From positions 1 through 42,193 of the IMG/VR virus record IMGVR_UViG_3300025536_000024: a DNA stretch of 42,193 nt; one strand, written 5' to 3'. Below the pieces are notes generated by a model. It did not search any database. It was given only the letters and a program-made list of their open reading frames with translations, and was not told where the DNA came from. The stretch is from a virus. Made by a program: the position numbers and the translations under genes. Positions 1-10,447 of the stretch are shown piece by piece (the stretch's first letter is position 1; each line of letters starts with the position of its first letter).

Positions 1-113
1 ATGGCAAGGAGTACACCTTCGCAGCCCAGAAGACTTCACCGATGATTATCCCTGACGAGACCCCAGCAGGCGTGCAGAGCATCCGCAAGAAGTTCGCACG
101 CGAGCTTGCAGAG
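1..113. repeat. Terminal direct repeat copy 1 (identical to 42081-42193); circular closure or 113-bp DTR
   Basis: Bases 1-113 (atggcaaggagtacacc...gagcttgcagag) are identical to the last 113 bases of the window. Confidence 0.95.
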
Positions 114-377
114 CGAGAGTTCTACAAGACCCCTAAGTTCGGTTACATGAACGCAAAGGAACGCGGCGAGAAGCCAGCTCTTTACACCGACTCTGACCTT
201 GAACCGTTCATCCAGGCTTGCCTCAAGCCGCTTCCCATCGCTCAGGCGAAGGTACGCATCGTGGCAAATCCCGCTGAACAGGAAAAGGTATTCACTCGTG
301 ACGAGGATGGTCAGCCACACACACAGGTCCTGAAGCCGAAAGACTCGCTTGTAGGTAACGGAACTGTCGTAGCGTAA
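1..377 (+). CDS. 3' part of a junction-spanning gene (about 166 aa; N-terminus at 41957-42193), hypothetical virion-module protein
   Basis: Frame of ORF 42-377 stays open back to base 3 and continues the frame opened by ATG 41957 through the repeat; stop TAA 375-377. Confidence 0.6.
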   Translation, partial: GKEYTFAAQKTSPMIIPDETPAGVQSIRKKFARELAEREFYKTPKFGYMNAKERGEKPALYTDSDLEPFIQACLKPLPIAQAKVRIVANPAEQEKVFTRDEDGQPHTQVLKPKDSLVGNGTVVA

Positions 378-1084
378 TGAAACTCCTCGGCAAGAATGAG
401 ATACAGCAGAAGAAAGCCGCCGAGAAAAAGCGTGAGATTGAACAGGGAGTCCTGCTCGCACGCAAGGTGGATGACCTTCGCCGTACCTCTGCCGAGGAGG
501 AGCGCATTCAGACAAAGTATCGGGAAGGGACAGTAGCAGCCACGTACCAGGCTATCGCTTCCGAGACCGTCGTACTGGATGAACTCCGCGCTGACATTCA
601 GGTAGCACGAGGGGAACTAGAGACCCTCCGCGAACCGCTCGATTTTGAGTGGGACGTTCTCGCTATCCGCAAGGAAGCAGTCGCACAGGCTGAAGAGAAA
701 GTCATCGCTGACAACGCAGCTCTCGGTACGCGAGAGAGCGCCGTTAAGAAGCGCGAAGCAGACCTAGACGTAGAAGAGTCTCGTATCAAGGATGAGAAGG
801 ACCGCACCAGCGAACTCCTCCGTGAAGCGAAGACCGAAGCAGAGCTAGCTCGCAGCACCAGGGAGCTTGCCGACATCTACGAAGAGAAGAAACTCGCCGC
901 TCTCAGTGAGCGCGAAAAGAGTCTGGATTCCCGTGAAGCTGGAATCAAGGACCGTGAGACTGACGCAGACAACCGCACGAAGAATCAGGACGCTCGTGAT
1001 GCAGAACTCGACGCACGCGAAGCCCGACTGGTGAGCCGTGAAGAAACACTTACCCGCAACCTAAAACGATATGGCACCCATTGA
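377..1084 (+). CDS. Charged coiled-coil protein (235 aa)
   Basis: ATG overlaps the upstream stop (TAATG); long E/R/K/D-rich heptad-like sequence; sits in the structural operon. Confidence 0.75.
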   Translation: MKLLGKNEIQQKKAAEKKREIEQGVLLARKVDDLRRTSAEEERIQTKYREGTVAATYQAIASETVVLDELRADIQVARGELETLREPLDFEWDVLAIRKEAVAQAEEKVIADNAALGTRESAVKKREADLDVEESRIKDEKDRTSELLREAKTEAELARSTRELADIYEEKKLAALSEREKSLDSREAGIKDRETDADNRTKNQDARDAELDAREARLVSREETLTRNLKRYGTH

Positions 1085-1520
1085 ATCAGCATTCAATCGT
1101 GACGCGAATAGCGTGCCGATTACCGGCCTTGGCCTTCAGGCTACGAAGGCAATCACCTACGTTGCTGGAACGACTGGCGCAGTAGGACCGACCACGCTGT
1201 TCACCGTCACTGGTGTCGTTGCGGTTCGTCTCTTCGCTATCGCCTCTGGCACCGACCTTACCGGCTCAGGAACGCTTGAGGCAGGCATCGCAGGCAACAC
1301 CGCCGCCCTGCTTGCTCAGACCGCTGCAACCGCACTCGATGTCGGAGAAATCTGGATTGATGCAACCCCAGCGACCGTAGAGCTGCTCCCTGAGCTTCAG
1401 GTTCTCAGTGGTACGAACGTCATCCAGACCATCGGAACAAACACCGTGACCGCTGGAACCCTGACGTACTACTGCAACTGGTTCCCGCTCTCTTCAGGAG
1501 CATCCGTAGTAGCTGCCTAA
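1071..1520 (+). CDS. Hypothetical structural protein (149 aa) with N-terminal RDANSVP motif
   Basis: 14-nt overlap with upstream gene; motif RDANSVP (1098-1118) is shared with the next two fibre-module ORFs. Confidence 0.7.
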   Translation: MAPIESAFNRDANSVPITGLGLQATKAITYVAGTTGAVGPTTLFTVTGVVAVRLFAIASGTDLTGSGTLEAGIAGNTAALLAQTAATALDVGEIWIDATPATVELLPELQVLSGTNVIQTIGTNTVTAGTLTYYCNWFPLSSGASVVAA

Positions 1521-1521
1521 C

Positions 1522-2382
1522 ATGAAAATCTCCGCACTCCTCATCGTAAAGAACGAAGAAGAGATAGTCGCTGACGCGCTTGAGAGCGTTAAGGACGCGG
1601 ATGAAATCGTGGTAGTAGACACTGGTTCGACTGACCGCACGGTGGAGATTGCGATGCGTTACACCGACCGCATCTTCTCATTCCCCTGGATTGATGACTT
1701 CGCAGCCGCTCGCAATCACGCAATCGAGATGGCGACTGGCGACTGGTGCTACTCAATCGACGCTGACCACAAGCTCCTCTCCTCTATGGAGAAGGTGCGC
1801 GAGGAAGCAGAGAAGGCAGAGGCAGCAGGACACAAGACAGCGCTCGTGAAGAGCCTCTCAGGAGGGTCACACGTTCACTGGCGCGAGGTTCTCTTCAAGC
1901 GGGATGAGGGCGTTCGTTGGAAGGGCAAGGTGCATGAGTGCCTCCTTCCCGCAGCGTCATTCAAGGCAGAGATTGAGCGTGAGATTGGCTACAGCAAGAA
2001 CCACTACAAGGACCCAGACCGCAATCTCCGCATCCTGTGGAACAGCGAGCGCACGCCGCGCACGATGTTTTACCTCGGACGCGAGTTCTACGAGAAGAAG
2101 CGGTACGACGAGTCCATTCAGTGGCTTGAACAGTTCCTGAAGGTAGGCAAGTGGACCCCAGAGATTGGAGAAGCCTGCCTCACCATCGCTAAGTGCTACT
2201 GGTTCAGCAATCGGGGTGACCTGGCTCGACAGGCGTGCCTCGGAGCTATCAAAGCAAACCCTGACTTCAAGGAGGCACTGCTCCTCATGTCCACGATGCA
2301 CTTCTCTCCATGGAAGGAAAAGTGGGCGCGACTGGCAGAAGCAGCCACGAATCAGGACGTTCTCTTCGTTCGTACCAAATAA
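1522..2382 (+). CDS. Family 2 glycosyltransferase with C-terminal TPR-like repeats (286 aa)
   Basis: N-terminus ISALLIVKNEE..VVVDTGSTDRT..DADH is the GT2 fold with a DxD motif; C-terminus is helical and repeat-like; embedded between fibre genes. Confidence 0.85.
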   Translation: MKISALLIVKNEEEIVADALESVKDADEIVVVDTGSTDRTVEIAMRYTDRIFSFPWIDDFAAARNHAIEMATGDWCYSIDADHKLLSSMEKVREEAEKAEAAGHKTALVKSLSGGSHVHWREVLFKRDEGVRWKGKVHECLLPAASFKAEIEREIGYSKNHYKDPDRNLRILWNSERTPRTMFYLGREFYEKKRYDESIQWLEQFLKVGKWTPEIGEACLTIAKCYWFSNRGDLARQACLGAIKANPDFKEALLLMSTMHFSPWKEKWARLAEAATNQDVLFVRTK

Positions 2383-2384
2383 CT

Positions 2385-2651
2385 ATGGCATCACCACGAG
2401 ACGACAACAGTGTCCCCGCATGGATGGGTATCTCCTGCGTGGATGGAATCACTCCCGTTCCTATTCGCATCAATGTGCTGAACGGAGGAATGATGGTGGA
2501 CTACGTTTCAACCATCAGCTTCGCTCCAGACACGGTTGCGAATCGTGATGCCAATAGCGTTCCGGTTCGCCTCGCACAGAACGCGAGCGGTCCAGGCGTA
2601 CTACCAATTTATGTAAATCCCGTCACAGGCGGGGTCCTAATCGCAGATTAA
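2385..2651 (+). CDS. Small protein (88 aa), stand-alone paralog of the fibre N-terminal module (two RDxNSVP motifs)
   Basis: Start moved to ATG 2385 (context aactATGgca, 2 nt after the GT2 stop); RDDNSVP at 2397-2417, RDANSVP at 2544-2564; C-terminal [12 protein letters not shown] matches [12 protein letters not shown] of the next gene. Confidence 0.65.
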   Translation: MASPRDDNSVPAWMGISCVDGITPVPIRINVLNGGMMVDYVSTISFAPDTVANRDANSVPVRLAQNASGPGVLPIYVNPVTGGVLIAD

Positions 2652-2653
2652 TT

Positions 2654-3796
2654 ATGAGCGGAATCCTTCCACGAGACGATAACGATGTTCCCGCAGCAGG
2701 CGGTGTATCCAGCGCGAACTCCGCGCTGGTGCTTCCCTTTGAGGTGGACCCAGCAACTGGTCGTCTCCTTGTAGACGGCTCAGGCACCACGGGAGCGACC
2801 GGCGCAACTGGTCCGACCGGAGCAGAAGGTCCTACCGGACCGACTGGTGCCACAGGTGCAACGGGCGCGGAAGGACCAACAGGCCCTGAAGGTCCGACTG
2901 GACCCACAGGACCGACTGGGCCTACGGGCGCTCCTGGACCCACAGGAGGCGCTACTGGTTCAACTGGTGCAACCGGAGCCACGGGTGCAACAGGAGGGAC
3001 AGGTCCCACTGGTCCCACCGGCGCAACGGGAGCTACAGGAGCAACCGGAGCCACTGGCGCTACGGGCGCAACAGGTACTGCTGGACCGAACTCCATCACC
3101 ATTGGCACTACGACGGTGGTATCAGGCACAACCACTCGCATTCTCTACAACAACGCTGGAGTCGTAGGTGAGTACACGCTCACCGGCACCGGCACCGTAG
3201 TAGCGATGCAGACTGCTCCTACTTTCATCACGAATATCACCACGCCTGCTGTTCTCGCTACTGCGAACGATAGCGGCGCACTCGGAGCGGCTGCAACAGC
3301 CTTCTCGGACCTCTTCCTGGCCTCTGGAGCGCTCATTGGGTTCGCAAACGGTAACGCGGTCATCACCCACTCTTCAGGCATCCTGACGGTCTCTACAGGC
3401 GAGCTTCGCATCACCACCGTAGGAACCAACGCAGCAAGCGTACCGACGCTCGGTTCGACCTCTACGCTCACCGCAAAGCGCATCACACGCCGTCTCACGA
3501 CAACGAACGCGCCTGGAGCGACTCCTACAACGAACACGGACAACGTGGACATCATGAACTTTACGGGTCTCGGAACCGCCATCACCTCGATGTCTACCAA
3601 CCTCTCAGGAACGCCTGTAGATGGAGACCTTCTTGAGTTCCGATTCACTGACGACGGTACTGCACGCGGCATCACTTGGGGTGCCTCGTTTGCAGCTACG
3701 ACAGTCGCTCTTCCAACAACAACGGTAATCAGCACTATGCTCCGCGTCGGCTTCGAGTTCAGCGGCTCGACGTGGAAGTGCATCGCTGTCGCATAA
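2654..3796 (+). CDS. Collagen-like tail fibre protein (380 aa)
   Basis: N-terminal PRDDNDVP motif, about 100 residues of uninterrupted Gly-X-Thr/Pro triplets, Thr/Ala-rich C-terminal domain. Confidence 0.85.
   Translation: MSGILPRDDNDVPAAGGVSSANSALVLPFEVDPATGRLLVDGSGTTGATGATGPTGAEGPTGPTGATGATGAEGPTGPEGPTGPTGPTGPTGAPGPTGGATGSTGATGATGATGGTGPTGPTGATGATGATGATGATGATGTAGPNSITIGTTTVVSGTTTRILYNNAGVVGEYTLTGTGTVVAMQTAPTFITNITTPAVLATANDSGALGAAATAFSDLFLASGALIGFANGNAVITHSSGILTVSTGELRITTVGTNAASVPTLGSTSTLTAKRITRRLTTTNAPGATPTTNTDNVDIMNFTGLGTAITSMSTNLSGTPVDGDLLEFRFTDDGTARGITWGASFAATTVALPTTTVISTMLRVGFEFSGSTWKCIAVA
2783..3092 (+). repeat. Collagen-type Gly-X-Y coding repeats (9-bp periodic tandem repeats)
   Basis: [16 protein letters not shown]... 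translated run; ggNacNggN periodicity in the DNA. Confidence 0.9.
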
Positions 3797-3802
3797 ACAC
3801 CT

Positions 3803-5077
3803 ATGGCACAGACCTTCTTCTACGCATCTGGAACTTTCACTCCACCAGCAGGGGTGACTTCAGTGACGGCAGAGGCGTTTGCGCCAGGAGGAGCGGGTGG
3901 CACTCGCACATCTAACGGAGTCGGTGGCGGTGGTGGCGGCGGCGGGTACTCAAAGACGAACACTATTGCTGTTACACCAGGAACTCCTTACACCGTCAAT
4001 CTTGCAAGCGGCCAGGATGCTTGGTTCAGCAATACGGGTGTAGCTCCAACAAGTACCAGTGAGGGTGTACTCGCAAAGGTCGGAACAAGCGTTGCCTCAA
4101 ACGTCGCTACAGGTGCTGCGGGAGGTCAGGCTTCATCAGGTATCGGAGACACAAAGTTCAGTGGAGGCACAGGAGGTAGTGGTTCTACAGGAGGAGGAGG
4201 TGGAGGCGGTGGTGCTGGAGATGCTGGAGATGGAGGCAACGGTGCAGACATCACTGCTGGAACAGCGGGTACGCTATGGGGTGGCGCAGGAGGAGCTGGC
4301 GCACCAGCAGCATCGAACACTAACGGTAATGGCGGGTTCATGCGAAACGGTGGCGGTGGCGGCGCACGCCGTACCTCCGGCACTCGAAACGGTGGGGGTG
4401 GAGCCGCAGGTCTCGTCATCATCACTTACACGCCTGCTTCTAACGATGTCATCTACCCTGATGGCTCATGGGAGAACAACGCTACTGGAACCACCAACAC
4501 CGTGCCTGTAAAGACAACTAGCGGGAATGGCGCTGGGGTGGTGTTTGTGCAGCATCCGGCAACACGCACCATCACAAGTGTCACCTGGGATGGGGTCGGT
4601 ATGACGAATGAAGGCTCTACCGCAAACGGTGGAGGTTCGGTGATTACCGGATTTTCTCTTGCAAACCCCGCAACTGGAGTGAAGAACGTGGTGGCAACTA
4701 TCGACTCATCTGACACATTCCGTGTTCAGGTACTTGGATATGTGGGAGTGAGTCAGGTAGACCCAACGGTCGATGTTGTTACCGGAAGCACGTCAGGCAC
4801 TTCGCTCACCCTGAGTGGTCTGACGGCAGACAAGAACGGCTGCTGGGGTGTGGCCGGATTCTATACCGCCGGTGGTGGAGGCGGTGCCGGTACGAACTTC
4901 GTACTTCGCAACCCGCAGGGAGACCCTTCCGTGGGAGACACCGACGGACCTGAGAACACGGGAGATTTCGACATGACCTCGAACGGAAGCTCAGGTTCAT
5001 ACATCGGTATCGGTATCGTGCTGACTCCCGCTACCGTAACCGGAAATACAAGTAACTTCTTCATCTTCTTTCACTAA
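3803..5077 (+). CDS. Glycine-rich tail fibre/minor tail protein (424 aa)
   Basis: N-terminus YASGTFTPPAGVTSVTAEAFAPGGAGG followed by poly-Gly runs, typical of phage glycine-rich-domain tail proteins. Confidence 0.8.
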   Translation: MAQTFFYASGTFTPPAGVTSVTAEAFAPGGAGGTRTSNGVGGGGGGGGYSKTNTIAVTPGTPYTVNLASGQDAWFSNTGVAPTSTSEGVLAKVGTSVASNVATGAAGGQASSGIGDTKFSGGTGGSGSTGGGGGGGGAGDAGDGGNGADITAGTAGTLWGGAGGAGAPAASNTNGNGGFMRNGGGGGARRTSGTRNGGGGAAGLVIITYTPASNDVIYPDGSWENNATGTTNTVPVKTTSGNGAGVVFVQHPATRTITSVTWDGVGMTNEGSTANGGGSVITGFSLANPATGVKNVVATIDSSDTFRVQVLGYVGVSQVDPTVDVVTGSTSGTSLTLSGLTADKNGCWGVAGFYTAGGGGGAGTNFVLRNPQGDPSVGDTDGPENTGDFDMTSNGSSGSYIGIGIVLTPATVTGNTSNFFIFFH

Positions 5078-5084
5078 AACGCTT

Positions 5085-5321
5085 ATGACCGAATGGCTCC
5101 AGAAAAACCTTATGTCAATCGTCATCGCAATCTGCGGTATTGCGACGACCTTTGTCCTATACGGGTACCGTATCGACTCGCTGGAGAAGGATGTGCAGGT
5201 GAACACCGCCGCTATTTCAACGCTCAACATCCAGCAGGTGCAGCTTCAGGTTCAGCTCGCTTCGATTGCGACCGACATCTCGTACATCAAGGCGAGTCTG
5301 GACCGCGTACTTAAATACTAA
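5085..5321 (+). CDS. Small membrane-anchored coiled-coil protein (78 aa)
   Basis: N-terminal hydrophobic helix (MSIVIAICGIATTFVLYGY), then heptad-like QVQLQVQLASI; start context cgcttATGacc. Confidence 0.6.
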   Translation: MTEWLQKNLMSIVIAICGIATTFVLYGYRIDSLEKDVQVNTAAISTLNIQQVQLQVQLASIATDISYIKASLDRVLKY

Positions 5322-5325
5322 AACT

Positions 5326-7155
5326 ATGGCTTACCGCATCGAAGGAAAGGACATCGTACTCAGCGGATTCGAGGAAGGAATCTCGGATTCTGTGTACTCT
5401 GGTATCGCTGATATGCGTAACGTGGAACTCATCACGGTTCCAGGTGAAGCGTCCGTGCCTTACGCTCAGATTGCGGCAACCGTACCACCCGTTCGTAACG
5501 CAGTTGCTTTCACCGCTCAGGATGCTGGTGACACCATCACGGTGGCTTCTACGACCGGCTTCTACGACGCGGTGGCTATCGTTCTCAACACCAATACCGC
5601 TGGAGGACTCGCCACAGGTACCGTCTACTACGTCGGAACCATCACTGCGACCACGTTCCAGCTATTCGACAATCCGGCGCTCATCGGAGGTGCGGTTCCT
5701 ATCTCTTCTGACGGTGCTGGAACATTCACCACCTACCAGTATGGCAACCAGCGCGGAGTGAACGCCTCTGCACCGAACGCTTACTATGTGGACCGCACTG
5801 GAGAGATGTCAGTCGGGGAAGGTGTCTTTCTCGTCGATGGCTCGAACTACGTCTGGTTTCTTCTGAGCGCAGCGTCTGGAAACACACCGGCGAACTCCAT
5901 GGTCTTCATGGGTAACATTGGTGGGGTGGGGGCTTCCTCCAGCAGTGCGGTAGGCATCAACATCTGGAAGGGATACCTCTTCCTCCTCGGAACCGCGACT
6001 CACGGGGTCGATATTGCTGACATCGGAGACCTTTGGACCGATGGACCGCTCACTGCATGGGACTACACCTGGGACAACTGGTCCACACAGGCGCTCAATA
6101 GCCGCATTTTCACACTCGTCTCTCAGGAAGACGGAAACCTCTACTTCACCAGCACTACTGGCATCGGCTCTCTCATCGAGAATCCTGGAGACAACTTTGA
6201 CCCTACAGACTCGAATACATACACACAGAACGACTCTGCGGTCCTTCTGCCGTCTACCGATGAATCTACCTGCATCGCGGAGCTTGGTCAGAACCTTCTC
6301 ATTGGCGCACGCGGCACGTTCGTGTACGTCTGGAACAAGATTGACCCTGGCTTCAGCAACCTCCTGAACATCCCTGACGTTCTCACATCCAACATCGTCG
6401 CTACGAGTCAGAGCGCATACGTCTTCGCAGGAAATCGCGGCCGCATTTATGTCACTAACGGCTCTGGTATCGACCTCTACAAAAAGGTTCCTGATTACCT
6501 AACCGGCACCATCAATCCGTACATCACCTGGCGCGATGCGAACTTCTCCAACAACCAGCTCATCTTCACCTTCTACGCGCGAAACAACGCCGACACCATC
6601 CTCACGACCGTAGCAGGCGCATGGCTCATCGACCTTCAGACTGACGCTCTCCGAATGCTCAACAAGACGACGAACAGCACCTATGCAGGCATCACTATGA
6701 TGGCGGTACCACGTCCTCCTGCGTCTGTGAACGACAACCCAACGGGTACAGGACTCGCCGTTGGATGGTATGACAGCACCACCTACGTCGTAGACGTTGG
6801 CACCACAGCTCCGTACACGACCTACGAGACCTTCATTGAACACGAGATGATTCCAGTCGGAACATTCCTCGACCCATTCACCCCTTCGCAGATTGAATGG
6901 AAGACCGCAGCGCCACTCGTTGCAGGAGAGGGAGTGAAAATCTACTACCGCAAGAACATCACGGATTCGTTTACTCTCATTGGAGAGAGTACGACCGCAG
7001 GATTCGTATCAGACCTCTTCCAGACCAACTTCGAGAAGGCTCAGTGGGTGCAGCTCCGGTCAGAGCGCAAATCAACCGCAACGACTCCGAGTTTTAATCG
7101 CCTCACCGAGGTCCGTATCCGCGACTGGCCGAGCGGTAAGAACGCTAAAGGATAG
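5326..7155 (+). CDS. Large tail structural protein (609 aa)
   Basis: Start moved to ATG 5326 (aaactATGgct, 2 nt after the upstream stop); long ORF in the tail module. Confidence 0.8.
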   Translation: MAYRIEGKDIVLSGFEEGISDSVYSGIADMRNVELITVPGEASVPYAQIAATVPPVRNAVAFTAQDAGDTITVASTTGFYDAVAIVLNTNTAGGLATGTVYYVGTITATTFQLFDNPALIGGAVPISSDGAGTFTTYQYGNQRGVNASAPNAYYVDRTGEMSVGEGVFLVDGSNYVWFLLSAASGNTPANSMVFMGNIGGVGASSSSAVGINIWKGYLFLLGTATHGVDIADIGDLWTDGPLTAWDYTWDNWSTQALNSRIFTLVSQEDGNLYFTSTTGIGSLIENPGDNFDPTDSNTYTQNDSAVLLPSTDESTCIAELGQNLLIGARGTFVYVWNKIDPGFSNLLNIPDVLTSNIVATSQSAYVFAGNRGRIYVTNGSGIDLYKKVPDYLTGTINPYITWRDANFSNNQLIFTFYARNNADTILTTVAGAWLIDLQTDALRMLNKTTNSTYAGITMMAVPRPPASVNDNPTGTGLAVGWYDSTTYVVDVGTTAPYTTYETFIEHEMIPVGTFLDPFTPSQIEWKTAAPLVAGEGVKIYYRKNITDSFTLIGESTTAGFVSDLFQTNFEKAQWVQLRSERKSTATTPSFNRLTEVRIRDWPSGKNAKG

Positions 7156-7158
7156 CTT

Positions 7159-7842
7159 ATGGCAAACGACAAACAGACAAAACTCCAGCAGTACGCAGAG
7201 ATTCAGGCCATGGTCCAGAAGGAAATTAAGACCATGTTCCCCACTCTGTATTCACAGGAAGCAACGAAGTACGGCGTTGCGAGCGTGCCGCTGCACGAGC
7301 ATAACGGCTTCGACTCCAACAAAATCAGTCAGGCAAATGTCACTCCAGCTCTCCGTGCCAGCGGAAACATCACCATGCGAACCACGGAGACCCGTTATAC
7401 GCTCGGTCTGCCGTTCAACCCGACGATGCTCACCTTCTATGGAAACGTCGTTCACTATGACACTCCATTCGACCCGACGACCATCAACATCCGCGCCTTC
7501 GTATACGGCAGCGCATGTCTCGGTCCTAGCTACTACTTCCAGCCTCAGAGCGGTACTTCGGTGAAGACGGGAGGGCCTATCCAGAACGTCATCCAGTCGA
7601 ATGCCTCTCTTCTCACCTCGGAGAGCGCACTCACCAACTTCACCGCAGTCGCCAGCGAGGGCCATCTCGTTCGCGTTACCAACGCTCTCGGCACCATTGT
7701 TGCCAGTGCCACCATCCCGAACATTTCCTACCTGGAACCCTGGTCGGAACTCACCGACAAGGGATACGGGCCTGGCTACATCTTCGTCGATGTCACCCTT
7801 GACGATGGGTGGGAGATTAACGGCAACTTCGTCGTAACTTAA
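7159..7842 (+). CDS. Tail structural protein (227 aa)
   Basis: Tightly packed ORF (3-nt gap), start context gcttATGgca. Confidence 0.75.
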   Translation: MANDKQTKLQQYAEIQAMVQKEIKTMFPTLYSQEATKYGVASVPLHEHNGFDSNKISQANVTPALRASGNITMRTTETRYTLGLPFNPTMLTFYGNVVHYDTPFDPTTINIRAFVYGSACLGPSYYFQPQSGTSVKTGGPIQNVIQSNASLLTSESALTNFTAVASEGHLVRVTNALGTIVASATIPNISYLEPWSELTDKGYGPGYIFVDVTLDDGWEINGNFVVT

Positions 7843-7847
7843 AAACC

Positions 7848-8966
7848 ATGAAATCCTTTACCACACTCACCAACCTGTTCACGGACCTCTCGAACAACCC
7901 TTCGAGCGCCAACTCTACGCGCGGAGCGCAGCTCATCAACGACCAGAGCCGCTACCTCATTCAGAAATACTTTGACAACGAGCGCACCGCGACTACGACG
8001 ACGATTGGAGGAATGGACCTCACACTCACCGGCGCACCAGCGCAGGGAGCGACTTCCGCGACTCTCACTGCGTCCTGGACGTACCCGACCGTCACACAGC
8101 TCGTGACCTTCTCGACGGGTGAACAGCGCAACGTCCTCTTCACGAACGGGTCCGCAGCGATTTCATGGGCTGACGGACTTGCCGATGCAGAAACCACCGC
8201 TATCAGCTCGGTGGGAGTGCAGTCATACTCCATCCCTGCGAACGTATCGAAGATTAAGAACAACACTATCAACGTAGGCCAGCTCAAGTACCAGCCAGTG
8301 CCGATTGAAACGCGCCAGGAGTGGGATACGGTGAACTTCCTCCCTTACACGTCTGACATCCCGCAGTATTTCTTCATCTACGGAGGAAAGCTCGAACTGT
8401 GGCCGATTCCATCGACTACGGGCAACATCATCACGTTCAACTACCAGACACGCATTCCAGACCTCAGCATCGCTGATTACTCGACCGGCACGCTCGACAC
8501 GGGCGGCATGGTCGCAGGGAACGTAAACGTCACGGGCCTCGCAACCGCATGGGCCGGAGGTACGTTCCCAGTGGGCGTAGACATCGGGTACTACAACCTG
8601 AAAATCAAGGCGAACCCACCGTATGGAGACGGAATCTGGTATCCAATTCGCCGCTTCGTAAGCAACACAGCTCTCGTGCTTGACCTCCCAGTGGTGAATG
8701 CTCCGAACATCACGAACGCAACGACCTACACCATCGGTCAGTTCCCTCTTCTCTCAGAGGACTTCCACGACATGCTCGTGTACGGCGCTCTGAAAACCTA
8801 CTTCTCTTCCCTCGTGAAGGACGTAGATAAGTACAAGGAGTTCGATGCGCTCTACTCCGAGCGTCTCCTGCTCCTCGAAGCATACGCCGGAACGAAGCAG
8901 GTGAATGTGGACCTCGGCGCAGAGCCGCAGGCCGTTAATCCCAACCTGTTCCTTTACGCCTCTTAA
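7848..8966 (+). CDS. Tail structural protein (372 aa)
   Basis: Tightly packed ORF in the tail module. Confidence 0.75.
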   Translation: MKSFTTLTNLFTDLSNNPSSANSTRGAQLINDQSRYLIQKYFDNERTATTTTIGGMDLTLTGAPAQGATSATLTASWTYPTVTQLVTFSTGEQRNVLFTNGSAAISWADGLADAETTAISSVGVQSYSIPANVSKIKNNTINVGQLKYQPVPIETRQEWDTVNFLPYTSDIPQYFFIYGGKLELWPIPSTTGNIITFNYQTRIPDLSIADYSTGTLDTGGMVAGNVNVTGLATAWAGGTFPVGVDIGYYNLKIKANPPYGDGIWYPIRRFVSNTALVLDLPVVNAPNITNATTYTIGQFPLLSEDFHDMLVYGALKTYFSSLVKDVDKYKEFDALYSERLLLLEAYAGTKQVNVDLGAEPQAVNPNLFLYAS

Positions 8967-8986
8967 CAGACCTTATACTTACCAAC

Positions 8987-10444
8987 ATGGCTCTCGCTTA
9001 CTCAAACACCTTCAAGCCGCTCTCAGCTTCTGCGCTCGCAAACGCGAAGGCTAAGGGCATCGGTTCCAATCTCTCTGTCGCAACAGGGCAGGTGAAAAAC
9101 ACCCAGCCACCGGCATCGCAGCGCACCAATCTTGGTGCGGGTATCTCGCTTGCGCCTCTCACCATCACCTCTAAGGGTGCATCGGGTGGTCAGGTCATGC
9201 AGGGTCCGCAGCCGCAGCAGGCAGCTCCCAAGGTTGCATCGACCGGCTCAATGCCAGCGCAGACCGGCACCATGAACTACAGCCCTTCAGGAGGAACGTC
9301 AGGCGTGACGGGTCTTCTTGCATCGCTCCAGTCGCAACTCACTCAGAAGCAGGGAGAACTCGCCAATGCGAAAGCACGCGAAGCTGCGGACAAGGAGGCA
9401 GCAAAAGAGGCCAAGCGAATGGAAAAAGAGGCAGCAAATAAGCCATCCTACACGGGTCTGATTGGAGACCTCAGCTCTCTTGCGAAGGGCGGTTCTCCAG
9501 GCGTACAGGCGGCGAACGAGGCACTCGTGAACTTCCGTAAGAATGCGGCCAACTATCGTGCTGACATCTACGGCGCTCCATCCTCTGCTCGTGTCATGCA
9601 GGGACGTGACGCACAGGTGCAGCTCGCAAACGCTCAGACCGATTCAGCGCTCGCTTCAGGTGTGGCGAACGCTCTCACCGGCCAGGGCCAGCAGCTCACC
9701 GCTCTCCAGGGCGCAGCCACACTCGCAGCTCCACAGCTTGGAGCATACGGGCAGGCATACTACGACCCGCTTAACCCAGGCGCAGGAGGTGGCGCAGGAG
9801 GAGCCGGTAACCTGAACCCAGTCGCAGCGATTCCAAGCTACGCACAGCAGGTCGCCGGTGGAGGTATGAGTTACGACCAGGCGGTCTCTGCTCTCGGTAA
9901 CAATCCCGCATTCGTCGCCGCACTCAACGCGCAGGTGCGCCAGATTAACCCGAACTTCTCAGCGGTCCAGAGCAACGCGAACGCATCGGTGCAGGGTTCT
10001 ACACTCCAGCAGACAGCGCAGCAGAGCAACGCGCTCCAGCTCGCTTCTCAGAACGCATACAAGGCGCTCGACCTTCTCTCAACGTCCTACAACGGACTCG
10101 GAGGTCTCCAGAAGACTCCAATCCCTCTCGTGAACAAGGGAGCGAACCTCATCTCATCGAACCTCGGACTCAATGCCTCAAACACGCAGGCATACCAGAC
10201 CGCGATTCAGGAGGCTCGCGCAGCCGTATCGCAGGTCCTCTCAGCGGTAGGAAACACTCCTACTTACTCAGAGTCCACCGCGAAGGCAATCATCCCTGAC
10301 AATGCGGGACCGGACCAGATTGCATCTGCCATCCGCACCGTGGAACAGCTTATCCAGCAGAAGGTTCAGTCCTTCAGCCAGCCAGGAATCGCTCCTCAGT
10401 TTGGAGGAGGCACAAACGGTTCCGGTGGTCTCTTCGATTGGTAG
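8987..10444 (+). CDS. Ala/Gln/Gly-rich internal virion (ejection) protein candidate (485 aa)
   Basis: Low-complexity A/Q/G/S-rich sequence with a central coiled coil; directly precedes the transglycosylase-bearing protein. Confidence 0.7.
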   Translation: MALAYSNTFKPLSASALANAKAKGIGSNLSVATGQVKNTQPPASQRTNLGAGISLAPLTITSKGASGGQVMQGPQPQQAAPKVASTGSMPAQTGTMNYSPSGGTSGVTGLLASLQSQLTQKQGELANAKAREAADKEAAKEAKRMEKEAANKPSYTGLIGDLSSLAKGGSPGVQAANEALVNFRKNAANYRADIYGAPSSARVMQGRDAQVQLANAQTDSALASGVANALTGQGQQLTALQGAATLAAPQLGAYGQAYYDPLNPGAGGGAGGAGNLNPVAAIPSYAQQVAGGGMSYDQAVSALGNNPAFVAALNAQVRQINPNFSAVQSNANASVQGSTLQQTAQQSNALQLASQNAYKALDLLSTSYNGLGGLQKTPIPLVNKGANLISSNLGLNASNTQAYQTAIQEARAAVSQVLSAVGNTPTYSESTAKAIIPDNAGPDQIASAIRTVEQLIQQKVQSFSQPGIAPQFGGGTNGSGGLFDW

Positions 10445-10447
10445 CCT

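Noticed and set aside
2623-3141. 172-aa minus-strand ORF made of PVAPV repeats
   Set aside because: It is the antisense shadow of the collagen Gly-X-Y repeats of the plus-strand fibre gene. It has no independent start context or operon logic.
4126-4425. Pro-rich minus-strand ORF and other alternative-frame ORFs inside 3803-5077
   Set aside because: These are antisense or off-frame products of the poly-Gly coding region. The plus-strand glycine-rich tail protein explains the region.
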